Part shown: one piece after another, positions 21,568 to 32,402 of the stretch | How the letters are laid out: each line of letters opens with the position of its first letter | Position numbering within the stretch: the first letter of the stretch is position 1 | Source: an uncultured Chloroflexia bacterium | GTDB taxonomy: Bacteria; Chloroflexota; Anaerolineae; CG2-30-64-16 | Length of the DNA stretch: 64,000 bases | Assembly (NCBI GenBank): GCA_963810095.1 | Contig: CAWEMM010000006.1 | Span: 736,001 to 800,000 of the forward strand | Direction: 5' to 3' | Program-made: the position numbers and the translations under genes | Notes under the pieces: model-generated | What the model was told of the DNA's origin: nothing | Databases searched by the model: none | What the model saw: only the letters and a program-made list of their open reading frames with translations

Positions 21568-22050
21568 TTATAACCTCAGCCAGGTCAGGTCGTCAGTTTG
21601 TACATGGATGACGCCGTCGTCGTCGATGAAACGCTCGACCGCGTCCTGTGGGAAAGCTATCAGATCGAACGGCGCGGTGCGGTCCAGGCCCTTGGTTGCC
21701 CGGCCCACGATTTCGGCCAGCGGCCCCAGCGGCGCGCCCCACTTCGCAAGGGCGAAGTGCGTGCGCCTGTAGCGCCGGGCGAGCGAGCGAATCTTCGCAG
21801 TGGAGACCTCGCCTGCCTCGCCCCAGAACACGGGCTCGCCTGTCGAATCGAGCGCGACCACGTCCGGCTTGTAGCGGTCGCCGATCTTGATCTCGACCAC
21901 GAGCTCGGGGTACTGCGGCAGGTACAGCGCCCACACGAGCGCCTTCATCACCACATGCTCCGTACTCTCCACCGGCTTCTTGACAAACACCACTTGGCGT
22001 CCGTGTGCGCGCAGCGTCCATTTGCGCCGCAGGTGCAAGTCGTCCGTCAT
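21568..22050 (-). CDS. YaeQ-like PD-(D/E)XK-fold protein
   Basis: ESTEHVVMKAL..ALY, YKPDVV and FWGEAG resemble YaeQ. Confidence 0.6.
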   Translation of the reverse strand: MTDDLHLRRKWTLRAHGRQVVFVKKPVESTEHVVMKALVWALYLPQYPELVVEIKIGDRYKPDVVALDSTGEPVFWGEAGEVSTAKIRSLARRYRRTHFALAKWGAPLGPLAEIVGRATKGLDRTAPFDLIAFPQDAVERFIDDDGVIHVQTDDLTWLRL

Positions 22051-22153
22051 GCGGGCCGGCTCCCTCCAGCGTGCGCACGCATCCTTCGACTACGCCGCGC
22101 CTCGTCGAAGCGGTCTCTGCTCTGGACGCCTGGATTCATCCCTCCAAGCACGC

Positions 22154-23586
22154 TCATTCCGCACGCTCGCCCGTCGCGCCCTCGCGCAGCGCGCGATAGT
22201 CGGCCCGCAGCGCCGCCAGCTCGCCGCTCGGCAATGGGTGATCGCCGTAGTGCACGCGCATGTAGGCCAGCGTGATCCTACGCAAGCGCTCATCCTGCCC
22301 AGGGAACGCCTCGGCCAGGACAGGCAGGTACACGTCGGGCGGCTGGCTGGCGCGGCGGGGGTGGCCGCGCTGCCGGGCGATGCGACAGACGTTGGCGTAG
22401 ATGTTCTGCACCGAGATGGCCGCCAACAGCTCTCGCCCCACGCCAAACCGGCGGATCAGGGCGCCCGCGCCCCGCAGCGCATCCCCTGCCCGCCCGAAAA
22501 GACCGCCCCCAAACGTGGCCCGCTCGAGCCCTTCGTCCTCATCCTCGCTGCGCAGCCCGCTCTTGCGCACCCGTTCCAGGTAGAGCAGGAGGAAGATGAT
22601 CGCGCCCACGACGACGAGGACGAGCATGAGACCCAGGATCGCATCCCGGGCGAGGTCAAACGGCCAGCGCGGCAGATTCTCGAACGGGCTCGTGCCCGTT
22701 CCACTCCCGCTGACGCCGGGGTTCAGCTCCGCACCGCTGTTTCGCCCGCGGTTCAGCAGATCGGTCAACCAGGCCTCGAACCAAAGCAGCACGGGGTCGA
22801 GCAGCCGGCCGAGCAGGACGGTCAGCGCGAGCAGCAGCGGCTTGATAACCTGCCAAAGCGGGTCGAACAGCCGGAAGAAGGCGGTAATACCGGCTCGCGT
22901 GTAGGCAAGGGAGAACAAGGCGGTGGCTGCTACCGCGACCAGCACGGCCAGCCCGATCTGCACGAGGCGGCGCAGGGGCAGCAGGCGGCCGCTGCTTTGT
23001 GCCTCGCTCGCCTTCTCCGACACCCGGCTGATTGCGACCGCGGCCAGCCCAAAGGCCAGGTAGAGCCACAGCAGGCCAATCGCCGCCGCCCCGCGCAGCC
23101 CGGACAGCAGCGCGCCGCCCAGGAGCAGCAGGAGCAGGCCGACCCGGAACGTGACGCCCACGCTGAAGAAGTTCAGGTCGCGCGAGGTCGCGGCGGAGGC
23201 GCGCTGCCACAAGAGCACGTTGAGGCCCCCCAGGACGAGGAGCGGCGGGAGCCCCCCGCGCCAGTTGGCGGTCTCGCCCAACCCGCGTCCGATCCACGAA
23301 AGATCCCACGGCGGGCCGCCGGGATATAGCACGAACCGGGCGAGCAGCACCGTCACGAGGACCAGCCCACCCAAAGCGACCAGGTCGTAGCGCGGCGAGT
23401 CGGCCGCCCGGCTGAGCAACTCGAGTGCCAGCATCCACCCGACCAGCCCGGCCGCGCACACGAGATAGGCCGGCGCGATGGATAACGGTCGCGGCCACGC
23501 TAGCAGGAAAACGCGCTGATCCAGGTCGCCTGCATCAGTGCGAGCAGGAGGTGGAGGAGGGCGATCCGGCGATTGGCGAGCAGCAT
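22154..23586 (-). CDS. DUF4129-domain multi-pass membrane protein (frameshift near 23510)
   Basis: Many TM helices, C-terminal IYANVC...YMRVHYG; the N-terminus MLLANRRIAL lies in another frame. Confidence 0.75.
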
Positions 23587-23598
23587 GACGCCGGCCTC

Positions 23599-24951
23599 CT
23601 ACACCGCTGCCGGCGCGATCACGTCGGCCACCAGGTGCGGCAGATGATAGACCGTGATGCCCGGCAGCAGCCGCTCGGGCGGCTGCTCGGCCAGGGTGAA
23701 GAGGACCACTTTGCGTCCGGCGCGGCGGAGATCGAGCAGCGCGGCGAGCAGATCGTCGTGTGCGATGGCGGTGACCACCAGGAGCGTGGCGCCCCAGGGC
23801 AGGCGCGGCGACTCATGCAGCAGCAAGTTCTCGATCGGGGAGGATGCAAACGGCGTCACAGCCGCGAGCAATTCCAGGATGCGGACCAACTGGCCGGGGC
23901 TGCGGCCGGGCAGCAGCCTGAGCGGCTGGTCGCTGCCGGGCAGTACGCCGTTCGCAATCAAGCCAACGGGCAGCCGCTCGTCCGAACAGACCTGGGCCAG
24001 GCTGCCTGCCACGCTCACGGCCCGTTCCATCAACTCGGGGATGTGGCCCAGCCAATGCCGTTCGAGGGTCGCGACGTTCAGGAAGATCAGCACCTGGGGC
24101 TCCTGCGTCGGCTCGTACTGGCGCGAGAGCAGCTCCTGGTGCCGAGCGGTCGCCTTCCAGTGCACCCGCTTCAGCCCGTCTTCCGGCTGCCAGCCACGGA
24201 TGCCGGCGGTGCGCAGCGGGTCTTCGACCAGCCGGGCATCCGCAGTGCGCTCGCCAAAAGGATTCTTCGCGGGCAGGCGCAGTTCTTCAGCCGGATAGAG
24301 CCGCGGGTAGACGATGAGGCGCTGCAGCCCGGGAAGGGTGCCCCGGCGGGTAAACATGCCGAAGCCGTCACCCGTCGTCAGCGTGGCAGGCCCGTAGAGG
24401 TAATACCCGCGCTTGTCGCACTGCACTTTGAAGCGCCGGGTCAGGCGGCCGAAGATACCCGGGTTCCAGAAGGAAAGGAACTCCCCCTGGTTGGTCGCCG
24501 CGTTCATGCGGACTTCGTGCCCTGCCACGGTGAGGTTGGCCGGAAAGCCATCTACCACGTGCAGCCAGGTCACCGGAAGGAATTTGCGATTGCGCACCTC
24601 GAGCGTCAGCTCGACCGTCTCGCCAAGAAAGGCCCGCGTTTCCGACAGCTTCCGGGTATAGTCCACGCCGTAAAGTGCGAGCGCGTTCCACACTGCCGCC
24701 AGCGCCGGCAAGACGAGCAGCGCGCCTGCGCCGGCAAGCAGGAACGCATTCCGGGTGGCCAGCCCCCCAACCGTGAGCAGGACGGCAAGGAGAATCCAGG
24801 CGTCGGTAAACTGCGTGTCCTTCGAGTTGTCGACGAATCGTTTGCCGCGCAGCTCGCCGACCGCGCGGTCGTACGCCCGGCGGCCTAGCTGCGCCGTTGG
24901 GCGCCGCCTCATCTCCTGCCGGACATTTTCCTCAATGCCGGGATCGACCAT
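23599..24951 (-). CDS. DUF58 (vWA-like) protein
   Basis: KRGYY, LIVYP, RGWQPEDGLKRVHWKATAR. Confidence 0.9.
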   Translation of the reverse strand: MVDPGIEENVRQEMRRRPTAQLGRRAYDRAVGELRGKRFVDNSKDTQFTDAWILLAVLLTVGGLATRNAFLLAGAGALLVLPALAAVWNALALYGVDYTRKLSETRAFLGETVELTLEVRNRKFLPVTWLHVVDGFPANLTVAGHEVRMNAATNQGEFLSFWNPGIFGRLTRRFKVQCDKRGYYLYGPATLTTGDGFGMFTRRGTLPGLQRLIVYPRLYPAEELRLPAKNPFGERTADARLVEDPLRTAGIRGWQPEDGLKRVHWKATARHQELLSRQYEPTQEPQVLIFLNVATLERHWLGHIPELMERAVSVAGSLAQVCSDERLPVGLIANGVLPGSDQPLRLLPGRSPGQLVRILELLAAVTPFASSPIENLLLHESPRLPWGATLLVVTAIAHDDLLAALLDLRRAGRKVVLFTLAEQPPERLLPGITVYHLPHLVADVIAPAAV

Positions 24952-25890
24952 TTACTCCACCACCGGCACCGGGACGGCCGAAATCACCTCTTCGACCACC
25001 TGCTCCGGCGTTCGGCCGCGCAGCCGGACCTGGGGGCTGATGTGAACCCGATGGACCAGCACCGGCGTGGACAGGTGCTGAACGTCGGAGGGAATGACGA
25101 AATCGCGGCCGCGCAGGGCCGCCAGCGCCTGGCTGGCTTTGAACAACGCGAGCGTGCCCCGTGGCGACACGCCCAGGTCCACAGCCTCGTGCTCACGGGT
25201 GGCGCGGCAGACCCGGACGATGTAATGCCGGACGTCAGGATGGACGTGAACCTTGCACACGTCAGCCTGGAGCGCCCGCACCTGGTCGCCCGAGGCCACC
25301 GGCGACAAGCCGACGATGGGGTCGTCGGCCATGTAGCGCAGCAGAATCTCGTCTTCCTCTGCCTCGCTCGGATAGCCGGGCTTGAGCAGCATCAGGAAGC
25401 GGTCTTGCTGGGCCTCGGGCAGCGGGAAGGTCCCCTCGAGCTCGATGGGATTCTGCGTCGCCAGCACGAGGAAAGGCGGCGCGAGCGGGTAGGTCTGGCC
25501 GTCCGCCGTGACCTGGCTTTCTTGCATCGCTTCCAGCAAGGCCGATTGGGTGCGCGGGGTGGCCCGGTTAATCTCGTCCGCGAGGAGCACGTTGCTGAAG
25601 ATCGGGCCCGGCCGGAACTCGAACTCGCCGGCCCTCTGGTTGTAGATGGAGAGCCCCGTGACGTCGGACGGGAGCAGGTCGGGCGTGAACTGGACGCGCG
25701 CGAACCGCATGTCCAGGCTGCGCGCGAGCGCCTTCGCCAGCGTCGTTTTGCCCGTGCCCGGCACGTCTTCGATCAGCACGTGCCCCTCGACCAGAAGCGC
25801 GGTGAGCAGCAGCTCGATTGTGCTGGCTTTGCCGATGATGGCCCGGCCGACGCTGTCCTGCACCGCCTGGCTAAACTGCGAAAAATCCAT
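24952..25890 (-). CDS. MoxR-family AAA ATPase
   Basis: DVPGTGKT, QFTPDLLPSD, ADEINRA and LPEAQQDRF. Confidence 0.95.
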   Translation of the reverse strand: MDFSQFSQAVQDSVGRAIIGKASTIELLLTALLVEGHVLIEDVPGTGKTTLAKALARSLDMRFARVQFTPDLLPSDVTGLSIYNQRAGEFEFRPGPIFSNVLLADEINRATPRTQSALLEAMQESQVTADGQTYPLAPPFLVLATQNPIELEGTFPLPEAQQDRFLMLLKPGYPSEAEEDEILLRYMADDPIVGLSPVASGDQVRALQADVCKVHVHPDVRHYIVRVCRATREHEAVDLGVSPRGTLALFKASQALAALRGRDFVIPSDVQHLSTPVLVHRVHISPQVRLRGRTPEQVVEEVISAVPVPVVE

Positions 25891-25913
25891 ATGCCTACAC
25901 TTCCCAAACGTCG

Positions 25914-25992
25914 TTCAGCACAAAGACACGAAGGCACCAAGTTCCTCGAAGAAACTTTGTGGGTCTTCGTGTCTTTGCGCCTTTGTGGTTAA
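25914..25992. repeat. Palindromic repeat family A, copy 4
   Basis: CAGCACAAAGACACGAAG...CTTTGCGCCTTTGTGGTTAA; overlaps the S9 peptidase stop codon. Confidence 0.85.
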
Positions 25993-27947
25993 CTCAGCTT
26001 CTCCTTGAAGAAGCACGTGATCTCGTTATAACACCGGACCTTGTTTTCGAGCTTGGTCACGTCGTGGCCTTCGTTCTCGAACAACAGCAGCGTGACGTCC
26101 TTGCCCTGCGCTTGCAGGTTGCGCACCAGGTCCTCCGACTCGGCGGCGACGACCCGCGGGTCGTTGCGGCCCTGGATCACGAGCATCGGGCAGGCCAATT
26201 GGTGCAGGTAGGTCGACGGCGAGCGCTCGAGCAGCCACTCGCGGTCGCGTTCCGGATGACCCAGCACGATCTCGAAGTACGGCTTCCACGTTTCCGGAAT
26301 GCGTTCGAGGAACGTGACCAGGTTGTACGGGCCGAACATGTCGACCGCTGCCGACCACAAGTCCGGGTGCATCCCCGCCTGCATCAGGGTCATGTAGCCG
26401 CCGTAGGAGCGCCCGACCACGCCGGCGCGGGACGTATCGACCCGCGGGTGGTTCTTGAGGCTTTGCAGGCCCGCGACCTGGTCGAGCCGGTCCTGGCCGC
26501 CCCAGTCGCGATCTACCCGCTTGGTGTAGTCCAAGCCGTAGCCGTGGCTGCCGCGCACATTCGGCACGAAGACGGCGATGCCGTTCAGCGTCAGGAATTG
26601 GATCAGCGGCATCGAGAACCAGGTGAAATCCGGCCGCTCCTGGCCCTGCGGGCCGCCGTGGATGTAGACGACAAGCGGCCGCTTGCCCTCGAAACCCAGC
26701 TCAGGTGCGGGCAGGTAGAGCCGGGCGGGCACATGCAGCCCGTCGTGCGAGGTGAAGCCGGCATCTTCGCCGCGGGCGAGCAGCCTGTCGGGGATGCCGA
26801 GCACGCGGTTGCGTGTCAACTGCGTGACGCGCTTGCCCGTCTCACCGGCAAACGACGCGGGCAGTGGATCGACCTGCTCGACCAGGAAGATCTGAGAAGG
26901 CGAGGTGGCCGTGGAGAAGCCGACCGCGTAGGCATCGCTGGCGGAATCGTAGCGAATGGAGTGCTCGGCAACGCCCCCTGCAAGCGGGCCGTCGCCGCAG
27001 ATCACAGGCCCCAGGGTCATCCGCAGGGTGGTCCTGCCGAATGTGCCTTCGTAAGCCCACGTCTCGCCGTCGATGTTGTAAACGACGAGATACCGGTCGC
27101 CGTGCAGATACTGGAGGTCTTCGAGCTCCCCGCTCGCTTCGTGCACCGCCCCGACGATCTCCACCGGGCGCACACGCTCCGCATGGTCAAGGGTGAAATA
27201 GGCCAGGCCTCCCCGATCGTCGAACAGCGTGCACGTCATCAGGACGCCGTCGGGAGCGACCGGGTATGCGGCGCGAATGCCGTTGAGAGGCGTCTTCTGG
27301 CCCGGCGTCCGCTGGGCCATCGGCACACCGAATATCGTCTGCAGCGAAGCATCCTGAGCGGAACGCAGTGGAGTCGAAGGATCCTGCCACAGGAACAGCG
27401 CGACGTCTCCCTCCTCGTAGCTCTGGCCGAGGACGACCGTCGTCAGGTCGTCGTTCGCGCCCAGCGGGCTGTACCCGTAGGGTCCCGAGCCCAGCAGCGC
27501 CAACTCACCGGTGCTCAAATCGACGCGGAACGTATCGACCACCGGCTCCTTCCGGCGATCGACGCCGAGGAACGCGAGGTTCCGTTCGCCGTCCGCATGC
27601 TCGAGCGAGCACTGCATGCCTGCAAACTGCGGGAACAGGGGCGCCGGTATGCCGCCCTCGAGCGGCAACACCATGGGCTGGTAATTCTCGTCACCGTCCC
27701 GGTCGATCATGACGATCACCTTGCCCAACTGAGGAAAGACATAAAATGGGAGCCCATCGAGCAATGTCGGAGTCATGAGCGCAACGTTCGGCGGCAGCAG
27801 CCTCTCGGGCACGCTGCCAGCCCGGTCCATCGCGTACAGGCTCAGCCGGCCCGAAAGATCGCTGATGAAGTAGACCCGGTCGCCGGCCAGCTGCGGCCTG
27901 AGGAACAACGGCGCCGCAAGCAGCGACTCGACTTTGAAGTCGGGCAT
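25989..27947 (-). CDS. S9 family prolyl oligopeptidase / acylaminoacyl-peptidase
   Basis: IHGGP, NVRGSHGYG, GRSYGG (Ser), NDPRV (Asp) and NEGH (His). Confidence 0.92.
   Translation of the reverse strand: MPDFKVESLLAAPLFLRPQLAGDRVYFISDLSGRLSLYAMDRAGSVPERLLPPNVALMTPTLLDGLPFYVFPQLGKVIVMIDRDGDENYQPMVLPLEGGIPAPLFPQFAGMQCSLEHADGERNLAFLGVDRRKEPVVDTFRVDLSTGELALLGSGPYGYSPLGANDDLTTVVLGQSYEEGDVALFLWQDPSTPLRSAQDASLQTIFGVPMAQRTPGQKTPLNGIRAAYPVAPDGVLMTCTLFDDRGGLAYFTLDHAERVRPVEIVGAVHEASGELEDLQYLHGDRYLVVYNIDGETWAYEGTFGRTTLRMTLGPVICGDGPLAGGVAEHSIRYDSASDAYAVGFSTATSPSQIFLVEQVDPLPASFAGETGKRVTQLTRNRVLGIPDRLLARGEDAGFTSHDGLHVPARLYLPAPELGFEGKRPLVVYIHGGPQGQERPDFTWFSMPLIQFLTLNGIAVFVPNVRGSHGYGLDYTKRVDRDWGGQDRLDQVAGLQSLKNHPRVDTSRAGVVGRSYGGYMTLMQAGMHPDLWSAAVDMFGPYNLVTFLERIPETWKPYFEIVLGHPERDREWLLERSPSTYLHQLACPMLVIQGRNDPRVVAAESEDLVRNLQAQGKDVTLLLFENEGHDVTKLENKVRCYNEITCFFKEKLS
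27349..27382. repeat. Family D repeat (TCCTTCGACT...CCGCTCAGGATGC) in-frame within the S9 peptidase
   Basis: Encodes DPSTPLRSAQDA; intergenic relatives at 49925-49974 and (half) 22080-22092. Confidence 0.7.
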
Positions 27948-27990
27948 GAATCCTCCTGAGTTAATCGTGCCGACAAGTATACCACACTCC

Positions 27991-28024
27991 TTGACACCCC
28001 CCTCTCTGTGATCTTATAATCACA
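27991..28024 (+). promoter_or_regulatory. Sigma70-type promoter with an overlapping palindromic operator
   Basis: TTGACA-N18-TATAAT; TGTGAT-N6-ATCACA at 28007-28024 overlaps the -10. Confidence 0.65.
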
Positions 28025-28200
28025 ATACAAAGCTTTATGTCACGGTCGTCCTTGCCCTGTCCAGCCGGTGTCGAGTCGCTGTAATCCCCCCTTTGCGTCA
28101 TCACCGACCGGCCAGCGCGCGCAGTGTTGCCGCGGCCCCTTGTGAGGTTACCTGGTCTGGTTGCCCAGCGAGAAGCCTAGAGCTAGCGAGGAGTGCAGAG

Positions 28201-29908
28201 ATGGAAAAACCATGGCAGGCGTTTTACGAGCCGGAAGTACCGCACAGCATCGACTATCCGTTGGAACCGCTTCACCAGATGCTCGAGAACAGCGCACGCA
28301 AGTATCCCGAGCACCTGGCCCTCAAACTGATTCTCCGCTACCTCGGCCCGCTCCGGTTAGGCGGCACGATGACCTACCGGGAGCTTCTCAACAACGTCGA
28401 CCGTTTTGCGGCTGCGCTGCACGCCCTCGGCGTTCGCAAGGGCGACCGCGTCGCGTCTGATGCTGCCCAACCTGCCCCAGTTTGTGATCGCGTTTTTCGG
28501 CGCGCTGAAGGTCGGCGCTGTCGTAGTAAACACCAATCCCACCTACACGGCCCGCGAGATCGAACACCAGTTTGCCGACTCTGGCTGCGAGACCGTGGTC
28601 TTGCTGAGTGCGTTTTACGACCGGCTCAAAGAGGTGCAGGAGCATACGCAGGTCAAGCGGGTCATCATTTGCGACGTGACCGATTACGTGGCCGCGCCCG
28701 GCAGCATGCTGGCGCAGCGCACGCTCAAGAAGCACGGCCAGATGGTCGACATCACTTTGGGCAACGGCATTTATTCCTTCAAGAAGCTACTGGAACAACA
28801 CCCGGAAGCCCCGCCGCGCGTAACGACTGATCCCCACGAAGTCGCCCTCTTCCAGTACACCGGGGGAACGACGGGCGTGCCGAAAGCCGCGTGCCTCACC
28901 CACTATAACCTTGTCGCCAACACGATCCAGGTCAAGAACTGGATGAAGAACCTCGAAGAAGGGAACGAGCGCATGATGGGCGCGATCCCCTTCTTCCACG
29001 TCTACGGTATGACCGTGGCGATGCTGCTGTCGGCCTACATGGCGGCGGAGTTGATCATTGTGCCCAACCCCCGGCCCATCGACGGGGTCATGCTGGCGAT
29101 TCAGAAAGAGCGTGCGAGCATCTTCCCCGGCGTCCCCACGATGTATATCGGCATCATCAACCACCCGGAGGTCCAGAAGTACGATCTGAAGTCGGTGAAG
29201 GCGTGCATCAGCGGCGCGGCGCCGCTGCCCATGGACGTGCAGATCAAATTCGGGGAGATCACCGGCGGCCGCCTGGTCGAAGGCTACGGCCTGACCGAAG
29301 CCGCGCCGGTGACCCACTGCAACCCGATCTACGGCCAGCGCAAGGCCGGCTCCATCGGCCTGCCCCTGCCCGACGTGGACGCACGCATCTTCGACTACGA
29401 GAAGTTCGTCGAGAAGCCGGTGGGTGAAGAAGGCGAGTTGTGGCTCAAGGGCCCCCAGGTGATGCAGGGCTACTATAACAAGTCGGACGAGACCGCGAAC
29501 ACCATCACCCAGGACGGGTGGCTGCGCACCGGCGATATTGCCCGCCAGGACGAAGAAGGCTACTTCTATATCGTCGACCGGCTGAAGGACATCATCATCG
29601 CGTCCGGCTTCAATATTGTCCCGCGCGAGGTGGAGGAAGTCCTCTTCCTGCACCCCAAGGTGCAGGAGGCGGTGGTCGCCGGCGTGCCCGACAAGTACCG
29701 CGGGGAAACAGTGAAGGCCTACGTCGTGCTGAAGCCACAAGAGACCTGCACCGCGGACGAGATCAAGAAGTTCTGCGAAGAACGGCTGGCGCCGTACAAG
29801 GTGCCCAAGCAGATCGAGTTCCGCTCCGAGCTGCCGAAGACGCAGGTCGGCAAGTTCCTGCGCAGGGTGCTCGTCGAGGAAGAAAAGAAGAAGCTAGAAA
29901 AGGCATAG
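28201..29908 (+). CDS. Long-chain fatty acid-CoA ligase (FadD-like; frameshift near 28456)
   Basis: MEKPWQAFY start; QYTGGTTGVPK, EGYGLTE, RTGDIA and LPKTQVGK. Confidence 0.92.
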
Positions 29909-29913
29909 GGAAT

Positions 29914-30003
29914 AGGACGCAGATTGAACTGATCGGACTGATTTACCTGATCCTGTCTGATAGGAATCATGTAAATCAGTCTGGTCAGTTGAATCTGCGT
30001 GCC
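29914..30003. repeat. Palindromic repeat family B (9-nt periodic CTGAT/ATCAG), copy 1
   Basis: ACGCAGATTGAACTGATCGGACTGATTTACCTGAT...AATCAGTCTGGTCAGTTGAATCTGCGT. Confidence 0.8.
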
Positions 30004-30031
30004 ATGCCTCTGCCAACAGGGAATAGACTCC

Positions 30032-31380
30032 ATGTGTGACACCGTCGTTGCCCTGTCCGCCGCCACCGCCGACGGCTCGGTGCTGTTCGCAAAGAACAGC
30101 GACCGCGAGCCGAACGAGGCGCAAGCCATCACCTTCGTCCCACGCTGCGAGTACCCCGCGGGCGCGTCCCTTCAGTGCACATACGTTGCGATCCCGCAGG
30201 TGCGCGAGACCTGGGCCGTCCTGCTTTCGCGACCCTTCTGGATGTGGGGCGCGGAGATGGGCGCAAACGAGCACGGCGTCGTCATCGGCAACGAGGCGAT
30301 CTTCGCCAAGGCCAAGCCGGCCAAGACCGGCCTCACCGGCATGGACCTGCTGCGGCTGGCCCTCGAACGCAGCACGTCGGCCGACGAGGCGTTGGAAACA
30401 ATTACCTCGCTGCTCGGGGCCCACGGCCAGGGCGGCTCGGGCGGCTACGGGCACGCGTTCTACTACCACAACAGTTATCTGATCGCGGACCGCTCGACGG
30501 CCTGGGTGCTGGAGACCGTGGGGCGCGAGTCGGCCGCGCGCCGCGTGCGCGAGGTCGCAACGATTTCGAACGGCCTGACCATCGAAGACAACTTCGACCT
30601 GGCTTCCCCTGCAGTGCTCGCACCCCGTGAGGCCGGCTCGACGGCCTACAGCTTCCGCCGCGCGTACTCCGACCGGCTCTACACGGGCTTCAGCGGCTCG
30701 CACAACCGGCAGTGTTCCACGGAGGCGTCTCTGAAGGGTTCGGGCGGCGCAACCGTCGAGAGCCTGTTTGCTCTGCTGCGGAGGCACGCCCGGTCTGACC
30801 GCTACGACCCCGCCCACGGCTCCAACGCCGACGTCTGTATGCATTTCGGCGGCGGCCCAATTCGCGTGAACCAAACCACCGGCTCGATGGTGGCCCACCT
30901 GCGAACCGATGGAACGGCAACCTATTGGCTGACCGGGACAAGCGCGCCCTGCCTCAGCCTGTTCAAGCCCTTCTCGTTCGACGGCTTTCGCTCCGGCGCC
31001 GCCTCACAATTGCTGTCGGCCCTCGGTCCCGAGCCCGGGACCCAGGACGACGGCGACGCCGGCAACGGCGTTGCATCGCTCTGGTGGCAAGGCGAGCGCC
31101 TCCACCGGGCCGTCCTGCGCGACTATCCTGCCCGCTCGGCCGCGTTCCTCCCAGAGCTCGCAGGCTCCAGGCCGAATTTGCGGCTTGCGCAGCCGACGCA
31201 AGCCGCGGCCAGAATATCGACGCAGCCACCTCCGCCAGCCTCGTGATGCAAGCGCGCAGCGCCGTCGCGGGCTGGACCGGCCGGGTGGAAGCCTTGCGGC
31301 CCCGCACGGGGGGCTTCTCGTTCTATCAACGCGCCTGGCACGCGCAGAACCAGGCCGCACAACTGCCCATGGGCGAGTAG
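30032..31380 (+). CDS. C69/secernin-family Ntn cysteine dipeptidase (frameshift near 31163)
   Basis: N-terminal MCDT nucleophile, AKNSDRE, WMWGAEMGANEHGV and VCMH. Confidence 0.88.
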
Positions 31381-31457
31381 CCTCCCGCATAATTGTTCTG
31401 CCTTGCGTTACCACTTCCCGCGGTTTACAATGCCCCTAACCAGCCGTTCGGAGTCAT

Positions 31458-32402
31458 TTGTTGTCAAGCGCCACTTCTGCCGTATCCGAGAAGGCCGCGG
31501 TCCCTTCGCGCCTGTTGCCCTATCTCGCCCTCGTCGTCGGCGTCCTCTGCATCAGCTTCACCGCAATCTTTACAAAGCTTGGCGGCATGCCCGGTCCCGT
31601 CACGGCTGCCTGGCGCATGCTCGTCGCCACCCTGGTGCTCGCCATTCCCTTCGCACGGCATCCGCGTCGCTGGAGCGCACATGAACGCGCGGGGCTGAAA
31701 TGGGGCGTTATGGGCGGCCTGTGGTTCGCCGTTAACCTGGGTATGCTCACCTCCGCCCTCCTGCTGACCTCGGCCGCAAACGCCACCCTGCTCGACAACA
31801 CCGCTCCGATTTGGGTGGGACTCGGCGCCTTGTTCCTCTTCAAGGAAAAGCTCGGCCCCCGCTACTGGGTGGGGCTGGCACTGGCGCTCGCGGGCGCCGC
31901 CGTGGTCACCGGCTTCAATGCGGCGGCCCGCCTCCACCTGCAAGCCGGCGACGCGCTCGCGTTCCTCGGCGCGTTCTTTTACGCGGGCTATCTGCTGAAC
32001 ACGCAGCGCGCCCGCCGCAACCTGAGCAGCCTTTCGTATGCCTGGCTGGTGGCGGCCACCGCCGCCGTCGCTCTCTTCGTGATCAGCTTTCTGCTCGGCC
32101 TGCCGCTGACCGGCTACGGGCCGCGCGCATGGCTGGCGGTGCTGGCACTCGGCATTTTCTCGCAGGCAGGCGGGTGGCTGCTGATCAGCTACGCGCTGGG
32201 CTACCTGCCCGCCTCCGCCGCGGTCATCGTCCTGCTGGCCCAGCCGGTCCTGACCGGGCTGTTGGCGATTCCGCTTCTCGGCGAAGCCCTCACCCCGGCG
32301 CAGATCGTCGGCGGCGCGCTTGCGCTGGCGGGCATCTACCTCTGCCTGCGCAGTACGGGTGGGACCGAAGCAGTCGCCGCCAGCGAGGGTGTGACGCCGT
32401 GA
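31458..32402 (+). CDS. DMT/EamA family transporter
   Basis: About 10 TM helices in two EamA repeats; FLFKEK and LLGE motifs. Confidence 0.9.
   Translation: MLSSATSAVSEKAAVPSRLLPYLALVVGVLCISFTAIFTKLGGMPGPVTAAWRMLVATLVLAIPFARHPRRWSAHERAGLKWGVMGGLWFAVNLGMLTSALLLTSAANATLLDNTAPIWVGLGALFLFKEKLGPRYWVGLALALAGAAVVTGFNAAARLHLQAGDALAFLGAFFYAGYLLNTQRARRNLSSLSYAWLVAATAAVALFVISFLLGLPLTGYGPRAWLAVLALGIFSQAGGWLLISYALGYLPASAAVIVLLAQPVLTGLLAIPLLGEALTPAQIVGGALALAGIYLCLRSTGGTEAVAASEGVTP

Noticed and set aside
22154-25890. MoxR-DUF58-DUF4129 operon as a novel system
   Set aside because: Well-known, widespread gene arrangement.
25959-27959. 666-aa plus-strand ORF, and similar long ORFs such as 15323-17191, 21887-23329 and 59332-60900
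   Set aside because: Antisense shadows of well-supported genes in high-GC DNA, with no motifs.
31811-32398. Long N-terminal extension of the 31811-32914 ORF
   Set aside because: It overlaps the EamA gene out of frame; the real gene starts at the GTGA overlap at 32399.
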